DNA of 61,625 nucleotides. Origin: Candidatus Hermodarchaeota archaeon (lineage in GTDB: Archaea; Asgardarchaeota; Lokiarchaeia; Sigyniarchaeales; SOKP01). The notes beneath the pieces were generated by a model. The model was not told the origin of the DNA. It made no database searches and was given only the letters and a program-made list of their open reading frames with translations. The stretch is taken from contig JBHLLO010000004.1 in NCBI GenBank assembly GCA_048885535.1, forward strand, positions 1 through 61,625, given 5' to 3'. Made by a program: the position numbers and the translations under genes. Positions 44,048-54,688 of the stretch are shown one piece after another (position 1 is the first letter of the stretch; each line of letters starts with the position of its first letter).

Positions 44048-44520
44048 TGGGAGAGGAGAAAAGAAAATTTAGCATATTTGAAAATATTCCTTTATTAGAT
44101 AAAAGAAAAGCAATGAAATTCATTATATACGGTTTAATTGCAGCAATTCTATTTGGTTTAATTATGATGATCAGTAGATCGATCGCCAATAATGCTGGAG
44201 CATGGCAAAATCTAGCTCTTCAAGAAAATGATATCGCTTATTGGAATGGAGAGTATGGCTATAATGATTACATTCGACGACAAGAAGAAATTTATAGGAT
44301 AGCATATTGGATGGCTTTTCAGGATGTAATATTTATGAATATAGCGAGGGTTGGTGTTAATATAGCGTTAGTTTTTATGCTTATTGGCTTTCTAAGTCTA
44401 GGAGTAGCTGAAAACATTGACGAAAGAGCAAGACGGATTTATTTAATCATTTCAGGTTTGATTTTATTTGTGGTAATGTTTACGACATTTTTCGCGTCGA
44501 TTAGCATTTCAGTTGCTTAA
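44047..44520 (+). CDS. Hypothetical 3-TM membrane protein
   Basis: TAATG stop/start overlap with upstream gene; hydrophobic segments. Confidence 0.65.
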   Translation: MGEEKRKFSIFENIPLLDKRKAMKFIIYGLIAAILFGLIMMISRSIANNAGAWQNLALQENDIAYWNGEYGYNDYIRRQEEIYRIAYWMAFQDVIFMNIARVGVNIALVFMLIGFLSLGVAENIDERARRIYLIISGLILFVVMFTTFFASISISVA

Positions 44521-45289
44521 TTTAATCTCAAAATCTTTTTTTTTCTAATATCCTTATGATAACATTGTAAGATTCAAAGTACGTAAAACTTATGTTTCAC
44601 GTCAATTCTGTAATATGTGGATCGTATTTCGATATTTTAAGGATATGATCTCCGTAATATTTAGTTCTTTTTAGAGCAGTTTGGTGTTATTTGAATTATA
44701 AAAGGTGATAAAACTATTAATGAATTAATTTGGACGTCTATAAAACCAACAATTGAGGGAATTTTTGTGAAAATACAAAGCTGTTTAGAACAATACTCTG
44801 AAGATACAAAAGATCAGCACGCTCATACAATTGAGGGTTATGCTAAGATTATATTTAACTTACTAAAGTATGCCGAAACCTGAAACGTCAACATTTTAAG
44901 ATATTTAGTTAAAAATAATAACTTTCTGTTACTTTAGCATCATTTCCTACTCTTTTTTGATTTCACGGTGTAAATTTAGTAGAGATACTTATATTCATGT
45001 ATTTCTTTAAATTACAGCGATAGAAATAGAGTTACAGAATGAAAAAATAAAAATAAGAATAATAAAATCCTTACTTTTTTCTCTTAATTATGACTACATT
45101 TATGTCCATTCAATAGAAATAAATAATAAGCTTCTAGGCTTATTTCAAATAAATCTGAGTAATACAATATTATTATTTTCTTAGAAATTATTATAAGAAA
45201 TAAATTGAAACTTTAAAGCTTTGACAAATTTAAATTTAATTAATTAAAGAATAGTTTAATTTAATTAAAATAATAACCTCAAATGTAAA

Positions 45290-47800
45290 ATGAATCAAAC
45301 GAATGGAAATTTGGATAATAAGGAAAGAAAACAGAGATTTCAGGTAGCTGAATCTCATATTTTGTCTAAAAGATCAAGATGGTTAAGAGATTATTTCTAT
45401 AAGGGTAGAGAGAGAGAATGGAACAATCAATTTAGTCCTTTTACTACTGGAACAGAATGGGATATTAATTGGCATGAAGGAGATTGGTATATCAATCCAG
45501 AAGTATATTTTTATATACAAGCGTTAGGTAAAAAAGATATGGGAGTATTTGCCTCCTCTTACCGGTCAATGGCAATTCCTGTAAAATTACCTGAGAATTT
45601 TTGGGGATTATCCATACCAGAAAGAAGAATTTTATTTCTAAATGAAGTTATGTTGAATTATATACCCCAAGAAATCATCTCTGAAAATGATCTAATTGCT
45701 GGTGGAAGATTTAATACCCAATTATCCAAATGTTTTAATAAAAAAGAAGCCAAAAAATATTGGAAATGGAATATCAAAAATCGGGAAGCTAATTTTAAAT
45801 ATCACTATTCTGGATTTGGGAATATCGGTGCAGCCCCTGGTCATATTATCCCCGATTATGAAACTGTAATAAAGAAGGGTTTTAAGCATATTTATGAAAA
45901 GGCAATAAAAAGATATGAACAATTAAGTAAAAATGATAAAAAAGGTCCTAAAGGTCAGGAACTACGAGCAATAATAAAGGCTACCGAAATCCCAAAAGCA
46001 CTAGCTAAAAAATATGCTGATGAATGTAGAAGATTAAAAGAAAATGCTCCATCTCCTGATCGAGTGGAAGAATTAGAACAAATGGCACAAAATTTGGAGA
46101 AAGTACCATGGGAACCCTCAGAAACGTTTTGGCAAGCAGTTCAAGCCTTATGGCTTACTCATATGTTATTAATGGCTGAAGAATCCTATCCCGGAGCAGG
46201 TTTATCTTTTGGTCGAATGGATCAATATTTATGGCCATATTATAAAAAAGATGTTATTGAAGAAGAAAAGATATCAAAAGAATTCGCAAAAGATATTTTA
46301 GGGAGCTTTTGGTTTCATTGCAATACGGCATACGATGCAATGATAATTCTAGGTAGGCAAGGTATTACTTCAGGATATGGACAACTATTAACTCTTTCTG
46401 GATGCGGTCCTAATGGAGAAGATTTAACCAATGAATTAACCTATACTATCTTAGAAGTTATAGATGAATGGTATCCAAGCTTAGAACCTAAACCTAATGT
46501 AAAATTACATAGAAATAGTCCTGATAAATTATTAGATACCGTTATCAATATGATTTCTAGAGCTCAAGGAGCGCCATTTCTCATAAATTTTGATGAGAGG
46601 AGCATGGCAGGATTAACAGCCGAAGGAATTCCTGAAGAAGATGTTTGGAATTACGCCTGTGTAGGATGCCTTGAAAATACTATGCAAGGCAATGACCGTT
46701 CAGGAACTGTAAACTGCAATCCAAATCTCGTTAAAACAATAGAACTAACATTATGGAATGGTAAAAATATGCCTGGTAATGTTAGAGCAACTAAGAAAGG
46801 TGAACAATTAGGACCAAAAACAGGAAATTCAGAAGATTTCGAAACTTGGGAACAGTTTTGGAACGTGTGGAAGGAACAAATAGAATTTTTAATAAAATAT
46901 ACTGTTGATGTTTATAATCAAGATGAAGATATTGCAGCTAAGCTTATGCCCACCCCTTTATTATCCTCAATTGTGCGAGGATGCATAGAAAAAGGACTAG
47001 ATATAAGACAAGGAGGCCCTGAGTTTCGATATGTTACGATTAATGGAGTTGGTTTTGCGACTTTAGTTGATTCCTTACTAGCTATTAAAAAGTTAGTTTA
47101 TGATGAGAAAAAGTATTCAATAAGGCAATTAAAAGATGCAATTTTGAATAATTTTGAAGGATCAGAGTATGAAAAAATGAGAATTCATCTAAAAAATAAA
47201 GCTCCAAAATTTGGTAATGATAATGATGAAGCTGATGAATTATCAAGGAAGGTAATGAAAGCTTGGACTGATGAATGCTGGAGATTTAAAACTCCAAATA
47301 ATTATCAATATAGACCAGGAATGTTATCATGGAATTACTGGGCTGGAGAAGATGCAAGTTTAACAATTGCAACCCCTGATGGTAGAAAAAGAGGAACTTT
47401 TCTATCTAATGCTATATGTCCAACAAGTGGAGCTGATTTAAAAGGACCTACTGCAGTTACCAACTCAGTGGGTAGAGCTATAGGAGGAAAAACTGAAGAA
47501 GGTGAATTAATAAATTATTTGCCAAATGGAACAAGTCAAACAATTACATTTAATCCCAATATCTTAAGAGATCCTGAACATAAAGAGAAATTCAAGTCAT
47601 ATCTAAAAGGTTATATCGAGAATGGTGGCACATGTTTGCAAGTTAATATGTTAGATACAAAAATGTTAAAAGATGCTCAGCTGCATCCAGATAATTATAA
47701 AAATCTTTTAGTCCGCGTAACTGGGTATAATGCTTATTTCATTGGAATAGGAAAAGAATTACAAGATGAAATCATTGCTCGTGAATGTCATAAGATGTAA
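45290..47800 (+). CDS. Glycyl radical enzyme (PFL2/eliminase-like, substrate unknown)
   Basis: GHIIPDY, SFGRMDQYL, Cys loop YACVGCLEN, ATPDGR, glycyl loop LLVRVTGYNAYF. Confidence 0.92.
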   Translation: MNQTNGNLDNKERKQRFQVAESHILSKRSRWLRDYFYKGREREWNNQFSPFTTGTEWDINWHEGDWYINPEVYFYIQALGKKDMGVFASSYRSMAIPVKLPENFWGLSIPERRILFLNEVMLNYIPQEIISENDLIAGGRFNTQLSKCFNKKEAKKYWKWNIKNREANFKYHYSGFGNIGAAPGHIIPDYETVIKKGFKHIYEKAIKRYEQLSKNDKKGPKGQELRAIIKATEIPKALAKKYADECRRLKENAPSPDRVEELEQMAQNLEKVPWEPSETFWQAVQALWLTHMLLMAEESYPGAGLSFGRMDQYLWPYYKKDVIEEEKISKEFAKDILGSFWFHCNTAYDAMIILGRQGITSGYGQLLTLSGCGPNGEDLTNELTYTILEVIDEWYPSLEPKPNVKLHRNSPDKLLDTVINMISRAQGAPFLINFDERSMAGLTAEGIPEEDVWNYACVGCLENTMQGNDRSGTVNCNPNLVKTIELTLWNGKNMPGNVRATKKGEQLGPKTGNSEDFETWEQFWNVWKEQIEFLIKYTVDVYNQDEDIAAKLMPTPLLSSIVRGCIEKGLDIRQGGPEFRYVTINGVGFATLVDSLLAIKKLVYDEKKYSIRQLKDAILNNFEGSEYEKMRIHLKNKAPKFGNDNDEADELSRKVMKAWTDECWRFKTPNNYQYRPGMLSWNYWAGEDASLTIATPDGRKRGTFLSNAICPTSGADLKGPTAVTNSVGRAIGGKTEEGELINYLPNGTSQTITFNPNILRDPEHKEKFKSYLKGYIENGGTCLQVNMLDTKMLKDAQLHPDNYKNLLVRVTGYNAYFIGIGKELQDEIIARECHKM

Positions 47801-47830
47801 ATTTTAATACTCTTTCTACATTTTTTTAAT

Positions 47831-48802
47831 TTGGTGAGTGTTATAGTAGAATCAGATAAGGCTTTAATATTCGAGATTCAGAAAATGTCTACTGAGGACG
47901 GTCCTGGGATTCGAACAACAGTATTTTTTAAACAATGTACTTTAAGATGTGTTTGGTGTCATAATCCAGAATCACTTTTGATGATACCACAATTAGAATG
48001 GCTTAAACATAAATGTATTGGATGTAATACTTGTATAGAAACTTGTGAACAGGAAGCCTTAATTCTTGACCAAGATGGTATGCATATAGATCGAGAGAAA
48101 TGCATTAGTTGTGGAAATTGTGTGAAGGAATGCCCTAGTACCGCTCTCCATATGTTTGGAGAATGGTGGAATTTAGAAGGGTTATATCATGAAATTCAGA
48201 AAGATAAAATATATTATCAGAAGTCCAATGGAGGAATTACTGCTTCCGGAGGTGAGCCCACCCTTCAATCTAGTTTTCTTTTAAAATTTCTAAAAAAATG
48301 CAAAAAAAATGGAATTTCTACAGCGTTGGATACATGTGGTTATGCAAATAGAAATATATATGAAAAATTATTACCTTTCGTTGATTTAGTTTTACTAGAC
48401 ATTAAACAAATTGATTCTGAAAAACATAAGGCATTCACAGGAGTAAAAAATGAACTGATTTTAGAAAATGCTGAGTGGATCGCAAATTATATGCATAATA
48501 ATAACAAAAAGATATGGATTCGTACACCAGTAATTCCAAGTTATACTGCTACTGAAGATAATATAAAAGGAATAGGAAAATTTATCACAGAAAAATTAAG
48601 AAACATACCTGAACGTTGGGATCTATTATCATTTAATAATTTATGTATTGCTAAATATGAACGTTTAGATATGGACTGGCCATTGAAGGATTTAGCATTA
48701 ATGACTAAACAAGAAATTGAATCACTACTTGACATAGCAAAAAAAACTGGTGTGAAAAATGTTCAATGGTCAGGGTTAACAAAAATAGATGAAGAGAATT
48801 AA
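47831..48802 (+). CDS. Glycyl-radical enzyme activating radical SAM protein with ferredoxin insert
   Basis: EDGPGIRTTVFFKQCTLRCVWCHNPES, two CxxCxxCxxxC, SGGEP, DTCG. Confidence 0.93.
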   Translation: MVSVIVESDKALIFEIQKMSTEDGPGIRTTVFFKQCTLRCVWCHNPESLLMIPQLEWLKHKCIGCNTCIETCEQEALILDQDGMHIDREKCISCGNCVKECPSTALHMFGEWWNLEGLYHEIQKDKIYYQKSNGGITASGGEPTLQSSFLLKFLKKCKKNGISTALDTCGYANRNIYEKLLPFVDLVLLDIKQIDSEKHKAFTGVKNELILENAEWIANYMHNNNKKIWIRTPVIPSYTATEDNIKGIGKFITEKLRNIPERWDLLSFNNLCIAKYERLDMDWPLKDLALMTKQEIESLLDIAKKTGVKNVQWSGLTKIDEEN

Positions 48803-48881
48803 AATATCTATAATTAAAATATTCAATGTATTAAATTTATATAATATAATAACAGAAAATAATATGTTAAGAAGGTTCTGA

Positions 48882-49781
48882 TTGAGAATGGGAAAGAAAA
48901 AGAATAACCAACAATGGTTAACAAATTTCACAGACGATATGATTAAATTCACAGAACCAGCTATACTGGTTAAATTTTTGGCAACTATAGATCCTCGTGG
49001 ATGGCCTCACTTAACTTTCATAAGCTCAAACGCTGCAAGAGGAAAAGATCTCGTTGTATGGGGTGAAATGGCGAGTGGTATGAGTAATAAAAACATTGAA
49101 AGCAATCCAAAGCAAGGCGTTTTCTATATGTCTCCTGATATGCCATTTAAGTTCATACAGGCTAAGATTAAATATACACATTCAAGGACTGATGGTGAAG
49201 ATTTAGACTTTTTCAATAGATCCGATTTAATGCGATATTTAACTTATATTAACGTTTATAAGGCTCATTATAGTGAAGTTATTGCTGTAACTCCTATAAG
49301 AAGTTTACCCTTAATAGGGATAATCAAAGGAATCATAAAAGATATCATAGGAAAAGGTGGAGCAAAGACTAAACTAAACGAAAAGCGATTGAATCCTATT
49401 GGATATAAATTATTTACAAATACTATTGGTGTTCGAGCTATATCTTATATTGATCCTTTGGATGGCTATCCGATAATTATTCCTTGTATACCGCTCCAGG
49501 CAGCTGATCATAATCGATTAGTGTTTCCAATTGGAACTGCCCTAAAACAAAACCTATTATCTATTCCCCCTCAAGCGAAATTAGCCGTATTAGCAGCGAA
49601 CTTTGATCTTGCATATCAAGTAGCAAAAGGAACATATACCGGAATTTCTAAATTTAGAGGGATCAAATTTGGAGTGATGGAAATTGAAGAGATATACAAT
49701 GGTAGTCCCCCTGTTATTGGAAAAATTTATCCTGAAATTGAAGCCAGACCAAAAGTTACTGAGTTTAAATTGTCGTCTTAG
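48882..49781 (+). CDS. Tandem pyridoxamine-5'-phosphate oxidase-like (FMN split-barrel) protein
   Basis: KFLATIDPRGWPHLT and second repeat AISYIDPLDGYPIIIP. Confidence 0.6.
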   Translation: MRMGKKKNNQQWLTNFTDDMIKFTEPAILVKFLATIDPRGWPHLTFISSNAARGKDLVVWGEMASGMSNKNIESNPKQGVFYMSPDMPFKFIQAKIKYTHSRTDGEDLDFFNRSDLMRYLTYINVYKAHYSEVIAVTPIRSLPLIGIIKGIIKDIIGKGGAKTKLNEKRLNPIGYKLFTNTIGVRAISYIDPLDGYPIIIPCIPLQAADHNRLVFPIGTALKQNLLSIPPQAKLAVLAANFDLAYQVAKGTYTGISKFRGIKFGVMEIEEIYNGSPPVIGKIYPEIEARPKVTEFKLSS

Positions 49782-49791
49782 GTAAAATGAC

Positions 49792-51330
49792 ATGAGTAAA
49801 AAAATGAATGTACTATTTATAATTACTGATCAGCAACGAGCTGATATGCTGAGCTGTTATGGTAATAATATGATAAAAACGCCTAATTTGGACAGCCTTG
49901 CAAAAGAAAGTATAAGATTCTCAAATGCTTTTTGTACAAGCCCAATGTGTATGCCAAATAGAGCGACTCTGCTTACGGGGTATTATCCTAATGTTCATGG
50001 AGTTAGAAGTAATGGAATAGATTTACCTCAAAATGTACCTACAATAACTCAAACATTAGTAAATAGGGGTTATCACACTATTAGCATAGGAAAGACTCAT
50101 TATAATACGTGGACACCCCGACATGGAGAATTTTATAAAACAAAATCAGCAGAGGATTTTCAAGATTGGAAGATAAAGAATCCTAAAGGTGATTATTTAA
50201 CTCATGAAAAGTTTCCAATCCCTTATTATGGATTTGAAGAGGTTGATTTAGTTATCGGACATGGTAATGCATGTCTAGGACATTATCTTGAATGGATAGA
50301 AGAAAAAGATCCTATAATTGCAGAGAAAATTAGAAGAGAGTATTCTATAACTCTTCCTGCTCAAGAAATTTTTTATGAAAGTTGGGTCCCATTGGAATTA
50401 TATAATACTACTTATATCCAAAATAACACTATTGCCTTTTTAGAAAGGTATGTTAAAGGTGTTTATGGAGAGAAACCCTTCTTTTTACATTGTTCCTTTC
50501 CTGATCCCCATCAACCAGTTTCACCACCAGGAAAGTATAGAGAGATGTATAAACCAGAGGATATGAAACTTCCTAGAAATGTTCATAATATAAAGAATTT
50601 ATATAAACACCCTTATTTAAAGCAACATTTAGAATATCCTCCTGTTAGAGGTTCAATGCTACGTGAAGAAACAGAAGAAAATATTAGAAAATTTATTGCT
50701 CTTAGCTACGGTTCAGTTTCCTTGATAGATTATGCAATAGGTCAAATTCTAGTTACATTGGAAAAACTTGGATTGGCAGACAATACTATGGTAATTTTTA
50801 CTTCTGATCATGGAGATTATTTAGGAGAGCATGGATTAATATTAAAGGGAATATCTCCCTTTAATGGTACATTACAAGTTCCCTTAATTTGGAGAATCCC
50901 TGGTCTCACTAATCCTGCTGTTTCAGAAGCATTAACAAGTTCAGTAGATCTACCCAAAACGATTCTTGAGTTACTTAATATTAAAGAAAGATATAGACCT
51001 CCCGATATGCAGGGATATGATATGACTCCAGTTTTAAAAGATCCTAATAAAGAATTACGTGACTGCATACTTATTATGGAGGACGAGGAAATTGGTCCAC
51101 ATGGTCCGTTATATACGAGATTAGTTCATTTGGTAACTAGAGGTTACAAGTTAACTAAGTATGCTGAAGTACCAGGATACGGAGATCTCTTTGATAGAAA
51201 TAATGACATACTAGAATTAAATAATTTATGGGATAAAGATCAAAATTTAAGAATAGAAATGTTAGACAAATTATTCCATGAGTATGCTCTTACTCGAAGT
51301 CGTTTTCCAAAAAGAGCTTCTGGATTTTAA
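49792..51330 (+). CDS. Sulfatase (Cys-type formylglycine motif)
   Basis: NVLFIITDQQRAD, CMPNRATLLTG (CxPxR), GKTH, SFPDPH, FTSDHG. Confidence 0.92.
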   Translation: MSKKMNVLFIITDQQRADMLSCYGNNMIKTPNLDSLAKESIRFSNAFCTSPMCMPNRATLLTGYYPNVHGVRSNGIDLPQNVPTITQTLVNRGYHTISIGKTHYNTWTPRHGEFYKTKSAEDFQDWKIKNPKGDYLTHEKFPIPYYGFEEVDLVIGHGNACLGHYLEWIEEKDPIIAEKIRREYSITLPAQEIFYESWVPLELYNTTYIQNNTIAFLERYVKGVYGEKPFFLHCSFPDPHQPVSPPGKYREMYKPEDMKLPRNVHNIKNLYKHPYLKQHLEYPPVRGSMLREETEENIRKFIALSYGSVSLIDYAIGQILVTLEKLGLADNTMVIFTSDHGDYLGEHGLILKGISPFNGTLQVPLIWRIPGLTNPAVSEALTSSVDLPKTILELLNIKERYRPPDMQGYDMTPVLKDPNKELRDCILIMEDEEIGPHGPLYTRLVHLVTRGYKLTKYAEVPGYGDLFDRNNDILELNNLWDKDQNLRIEMLDKLFHEYALTRSRFPKRASGF

Positions 51331-51374
51331 TAAAAATACGCTTTTATTTAACAATAGAAATAGCTGTCAAAACC

Positions 51375-52256
51375 ATGATTTGGAATACAAGGATCACGCA
51401 ATTAATAAGAATTAAATATCCATTAGTAATGGGCGCGTTTGGAGGATGGGGAAAATCCGAATTTGCCTCTAAATTTTCTAATGCAGGAGGTTTAGGAATA
51501 ATTGCGGCCCTAAATTTTCCAGATCCAGCAGATTTTAAAAATGATATTCAGAGAATGAAAACATTTACAGATAAACCTTTTGGTATTAATCTATCTCTTC
51601 CACACCACAAACTCAAGGAAGATGATATTAAAATAAAAGATCGATATTTAAAATATATTGATGTTGCTCTTAACCAGGATTGCAAGATTTTTACTACTTC
51701 AGGTTACAGAGCTTCCTTTATTGGGAAAAGAGTTCATGAATCTGGTGCGTACTGGCTTCATAAATGCGTTTTAGTTAAACACGCTATCTCAGCTGAAAAA
51801 GAAGGAGCCGATGGAGTAACTTTAGTCGGATTAGAGGGAACTGGTTTTAAAAATCCTCTTTCTCATAGTACACTAATAAATATAACCATCGCTAAAAGAT
51901 TACTAAATATACCTCTCATTGCCGCTGGCGGGATAGGGGATGCTAGAGGTTTCTTAGCAGCTCTGGCAATGGGAGCTGATGCGGTCTGCCTCGGAACAGC
52001 TTTAATGACCTCTGAAGAATGCCCCGTGTCTCAAGATATCAAGGAGAGATGGATTAATCTTAATATATTTAGTGAAGATTTCTATGATAGAATCTATCAT
52101 TATAATCTCAAGAACTTTATGGCACCATCTACTGCTATTGGTCATAGAAGGAAAATCATCCCTCTTAAAACTTTAATAGAGGAGATTATAACTGAAGCTC
52201 AGAATATATTAAAATCTTGGGGTTTTAATAATACTCAAATAAATACTACTTTATAA
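51375..52256 (+). CDS. Nitronate monooxygenase/FabK-like FMN oxidoreductase
   Basis: SNAGGLG, TDKPFGINL, GLEGTG, PLIAAGGIGDARG..AALAMGADAV. Confidence 0.85.
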   Translation: MIWNTRITQLIRIKYPLVMGAFGGWGKSEFASKFSNAGGLGIIAALNFPDPADFKNDIQRMKTFTDKPFGINLSLPHHKLKEDDIKIKDRYLKYIDVALNQDCKIFTTSGYRASFIGKRVHESGAYWLHKCVLVKHAISAEKEGADGVTLVGLEGTGFKNPLSHSTLINITIAKRLLNIPLIAAGGIGDARGFLAALAMGADAVCLGTALMTSEECPVSQDIKERWINLNIFSEDFYDRIYHYNLKNFMAPSTAIGHRRKIIPLKTLIEEIITEAQNILKSWGFNNTQINTTL

Positions 52257-52425
52257 TGAATATCGTGAGAAATATGCTTAATTTCAGTTTAAATAATGCA
52301 CATTTTTCTTAAATCAATTGAAATTTATTTAAGTTCTAAAATTCAAAATATTTATAGCACTTAGGCTAATAGATAAAATATTAACAAATTTCAAATAAAA
52401 AGTTTAAAAAACTCTAAATACAAAA

Positions 52426-54558
52426 GTGTTAAAAATGGAAATTCCACTAATTTTAATTGTAGCTTTAATTGCGGGAGTAGTTTCAATTGCTATAGCTTTA
52501 TTTTTTCGATATTTGGTTTTAAAGGAAGATCCTGGAAATGAAAAGATGGTTGAAGTTGCTGGCTACATTGAAAAAGGAGCAAAAACATATATAAAAGTCC
52601 AATATAAAATACTAGGACTTTTCGTTATTGGATTATTTTTAATTATTTTCTTTTTATTACCGTCTCCTATTGATCCAGTTAATAGATACGCTGAATTCTT
52701 CAACTGGGAACAAGCAGTCGCCTATAGTGTCGGAGCGGTTGGTTCAATGCTCGCTGGATATCTAGGGTTGTATGTAGGTGTTAAAGCTAATACAAGAGCT
52801 GCTCAAGGTTGTACAATAAGCACTAAAAAAGGATTTGATATTGCTTTTTTTGGTGGTTCAGTAATGGGTTTAGCAGTAGTAGGCGTAGCTTTAATCGGTG
52901 TTTCAATTGTATACATGATATTTCAAACTCCTCTAGTAGTACTTGGATTTAGTTTTGGGGCAAGCAGTATTGCGCTTTTCATGAAATGTGGTGGCGGAAT
53001 ATATACTAAAACGGCTGATGTTGGGGCAGATTTGGTTGGAAAAGCAGAATATAATCTACCAGAAGATGATCCTCGAAATCCTGCGACTATTGCAGATAAT
53101 GTGGGCGATAATGTTGGAGATATAGCTGGAATGGGCTCAGATTTATTTGATTCTTATGTAGCATCAATAGTAGCAGCAATGATGCTTGCTGCAGTACTGT
53201 CAATAATTGAAGCTCCCTTGGGAGATGTTACAATGTCAGAATCACTACGTGCTATACTTGTTATAGCTCCTGTTGTATTATGTGGGGTTGGTCTCATTGC
53301 TTCACTTATTGGCATATTTATCATTAAGTGGAGAGGTTCTGAAGAACCAGGAAAGGCATTAAATAATGGGACTTATTTTGCAACTATAATTTTTGCGGGA
53401 ATTGCTGCACTATTTACTTTCTTCTTATCTATTGGGTTATCTCCAGAAGGATCTATATTACTTTGGAGGATTTATGGCGCATTGATATTAGGTCTTGCAA
53501 GTGGTATAATAATAGGTTGGACAAGTGACTATTTCACAAGAGATGATAAGAAACCTACACGTAATATGGCAAATGCAGCTAAAGAAGGTCATGCAGTGGT
53601 GATTCTTTCTGGATTTTCATATGGTCTTATAAGTGTGGTACCCCCTGCTGTTGGAATTGTAGCTGCCATGGCGCTATCTTATTTGCTTGGGGGTGTATTT
53701 GGTGTAGCAATGGCAGCGGTAGGAATGCTAGCTATTGTAGGCACTATTGTATCTAATGATGCATACGGACCAATAGTAGATAATAGCCGCGCAATAGCAG
53801 AACAAGGAGAATTGGGAGAGGATATCATCCGAACTGCTGATCGATTAGATTCCGCGGGAAATACTGCAAAAGCTATTACAAAAGGATTTGCAATAGGTGC
53901 AGCAAATCTTACAGTTTTAGCATTATTATTCTCGTATTCTGAAGAAGCAAAAGCGAGAGGTCTAACATTGGTAATTGATCTAATGAATCCAAATGTTTTG
54001 ATTGGTGCTTTTCTTGGAGTTGTTGTTCCTGCTTTATTCTCTGCTTTGTTGATTTTGGCTGTTCAAAGAAATGCTGCTAAGATGGTCGATGAAATAAGAA
54101 GACAATTTGAAGAAAATCCAAAAATCCTAACAGGTGAGGAACCAGCTGATTTCAGCAAGACCATCGATATAGCAACAAAAGGATCATTAAGAGAACTTGT
54201 ATTGCCAAGTATTATCTCAATTGTTATTCCAATTGCAGTAGGTATTGTTTTTGGTGTATCTTCACTAGGTGCATTCTTAGCAGGTTCAATTCTATCGGGA
54301 TTTGTCTTTGCAGTAATGATGTCTAACGCTGGTGGAGCATGGGACAATGCGAAAAAGTGGATAGAAGATGGAAATTTAGGTGGGAAGGGTACAGACATAC
54401 ACAAAGCATCCATAACTGGAGATACAGTAGGTGATCCTTTTAAAGATACTGCGGGTCCAAGCATTAATACATTATTAGTTGTAATGTCTCTTACAGCTTC
54501 TATTTTCATCGGCTTATTACTTATAGTTAACGGTGGATTAGGATTACTGGTGTTATAA
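52426..54558 (+). CDS. hppA: Membrane-bound ion-translocating pyrophosphatase, K+-independent H+-PPase type
   Basis: GGGIYTKTADVGADLVGK, EDDPRNPATIADNVGDNVGD, DAYGPIVDN, GNTAKA, GGAWDNAKK, GDTVGDPFKDT. Confidence 0.95.
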   Translation: MLKMEIPLILIVALIAGVVSIAIALFFRYLVLKEDPGNEKMVEVAGYIEKGAKTYIKVQYKILGLFVIGLFLIIFFLLPSPIDPVNRYAEFFNWEQAVAYSVGAVGSMLAGYLGLYVGVKANTRAAQGCTISTKKGFDIAFFGGSVMGLAVVGVALIGVSIVYMIFQTPLVVLGFSFGASSIALFMKCGGGIYTKTADVGADLVGKAEYNLPEDDPRNPATIADNVGDNVGDIAGMGSDLFDSYVASIVAAMMLAAVLSIIEAPLGDVTMSESLRAILVIAPVVLCGVGLIASLIGIFIIKWRGSEEPGKALNNGTYFATIIFAGIAALFTFFLSIGLSPEGSILLWRIYGALILGLASGIIIGWTSDYFTRDDKKPTRNMANAAKEGHAVVILSGFSYGLISVVPPAVGIVAAMALSYLLGGVFGVAMAAVGMLAIVGTIVSNDAYGPIVDNSRAIAEQGELGEDIIRTADRLDSAGNTAKAITKGFAIGAANLTVLALLFSYSEEAKARGLTLVIDLMNPNVLIGAFLGVVVPALFSALLILAVQRNAAKMVDEIRRQFEENPKILTGEEPADFSKTIDIATKGSLRELVLPSIISIVIPIAVGIVFGVSSLGAFLAGSILSGFVFAVMMSNAGGAWDNAKKWIEDGNLGGKGTDIHKASITGDTVGDPFKDTAGPSINTLLVVMSLTASIFIGLLLIVNGGLGLLVL

Positions 54559-54688
54559 GGAGCAGAATTTAAACAAATTTACTTTTTTTTATTCTCTTTT
54601 AATTTTTTATCATCAATTCTTAAGTTTATCTATATTTTATATTACAGACTTTTTGATCAAATGAAATTAAATATTTTTAATTTATAAA

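Noticed and set aside
45290-47800. Calling the GRE pyruvate formate-lyase or choline TMA-lyase
   Set aside because: Lacks the adjacent Cys-Cys of PFL; CutC-specific residues cannot be verified by eye and no microcompartment genes are present.
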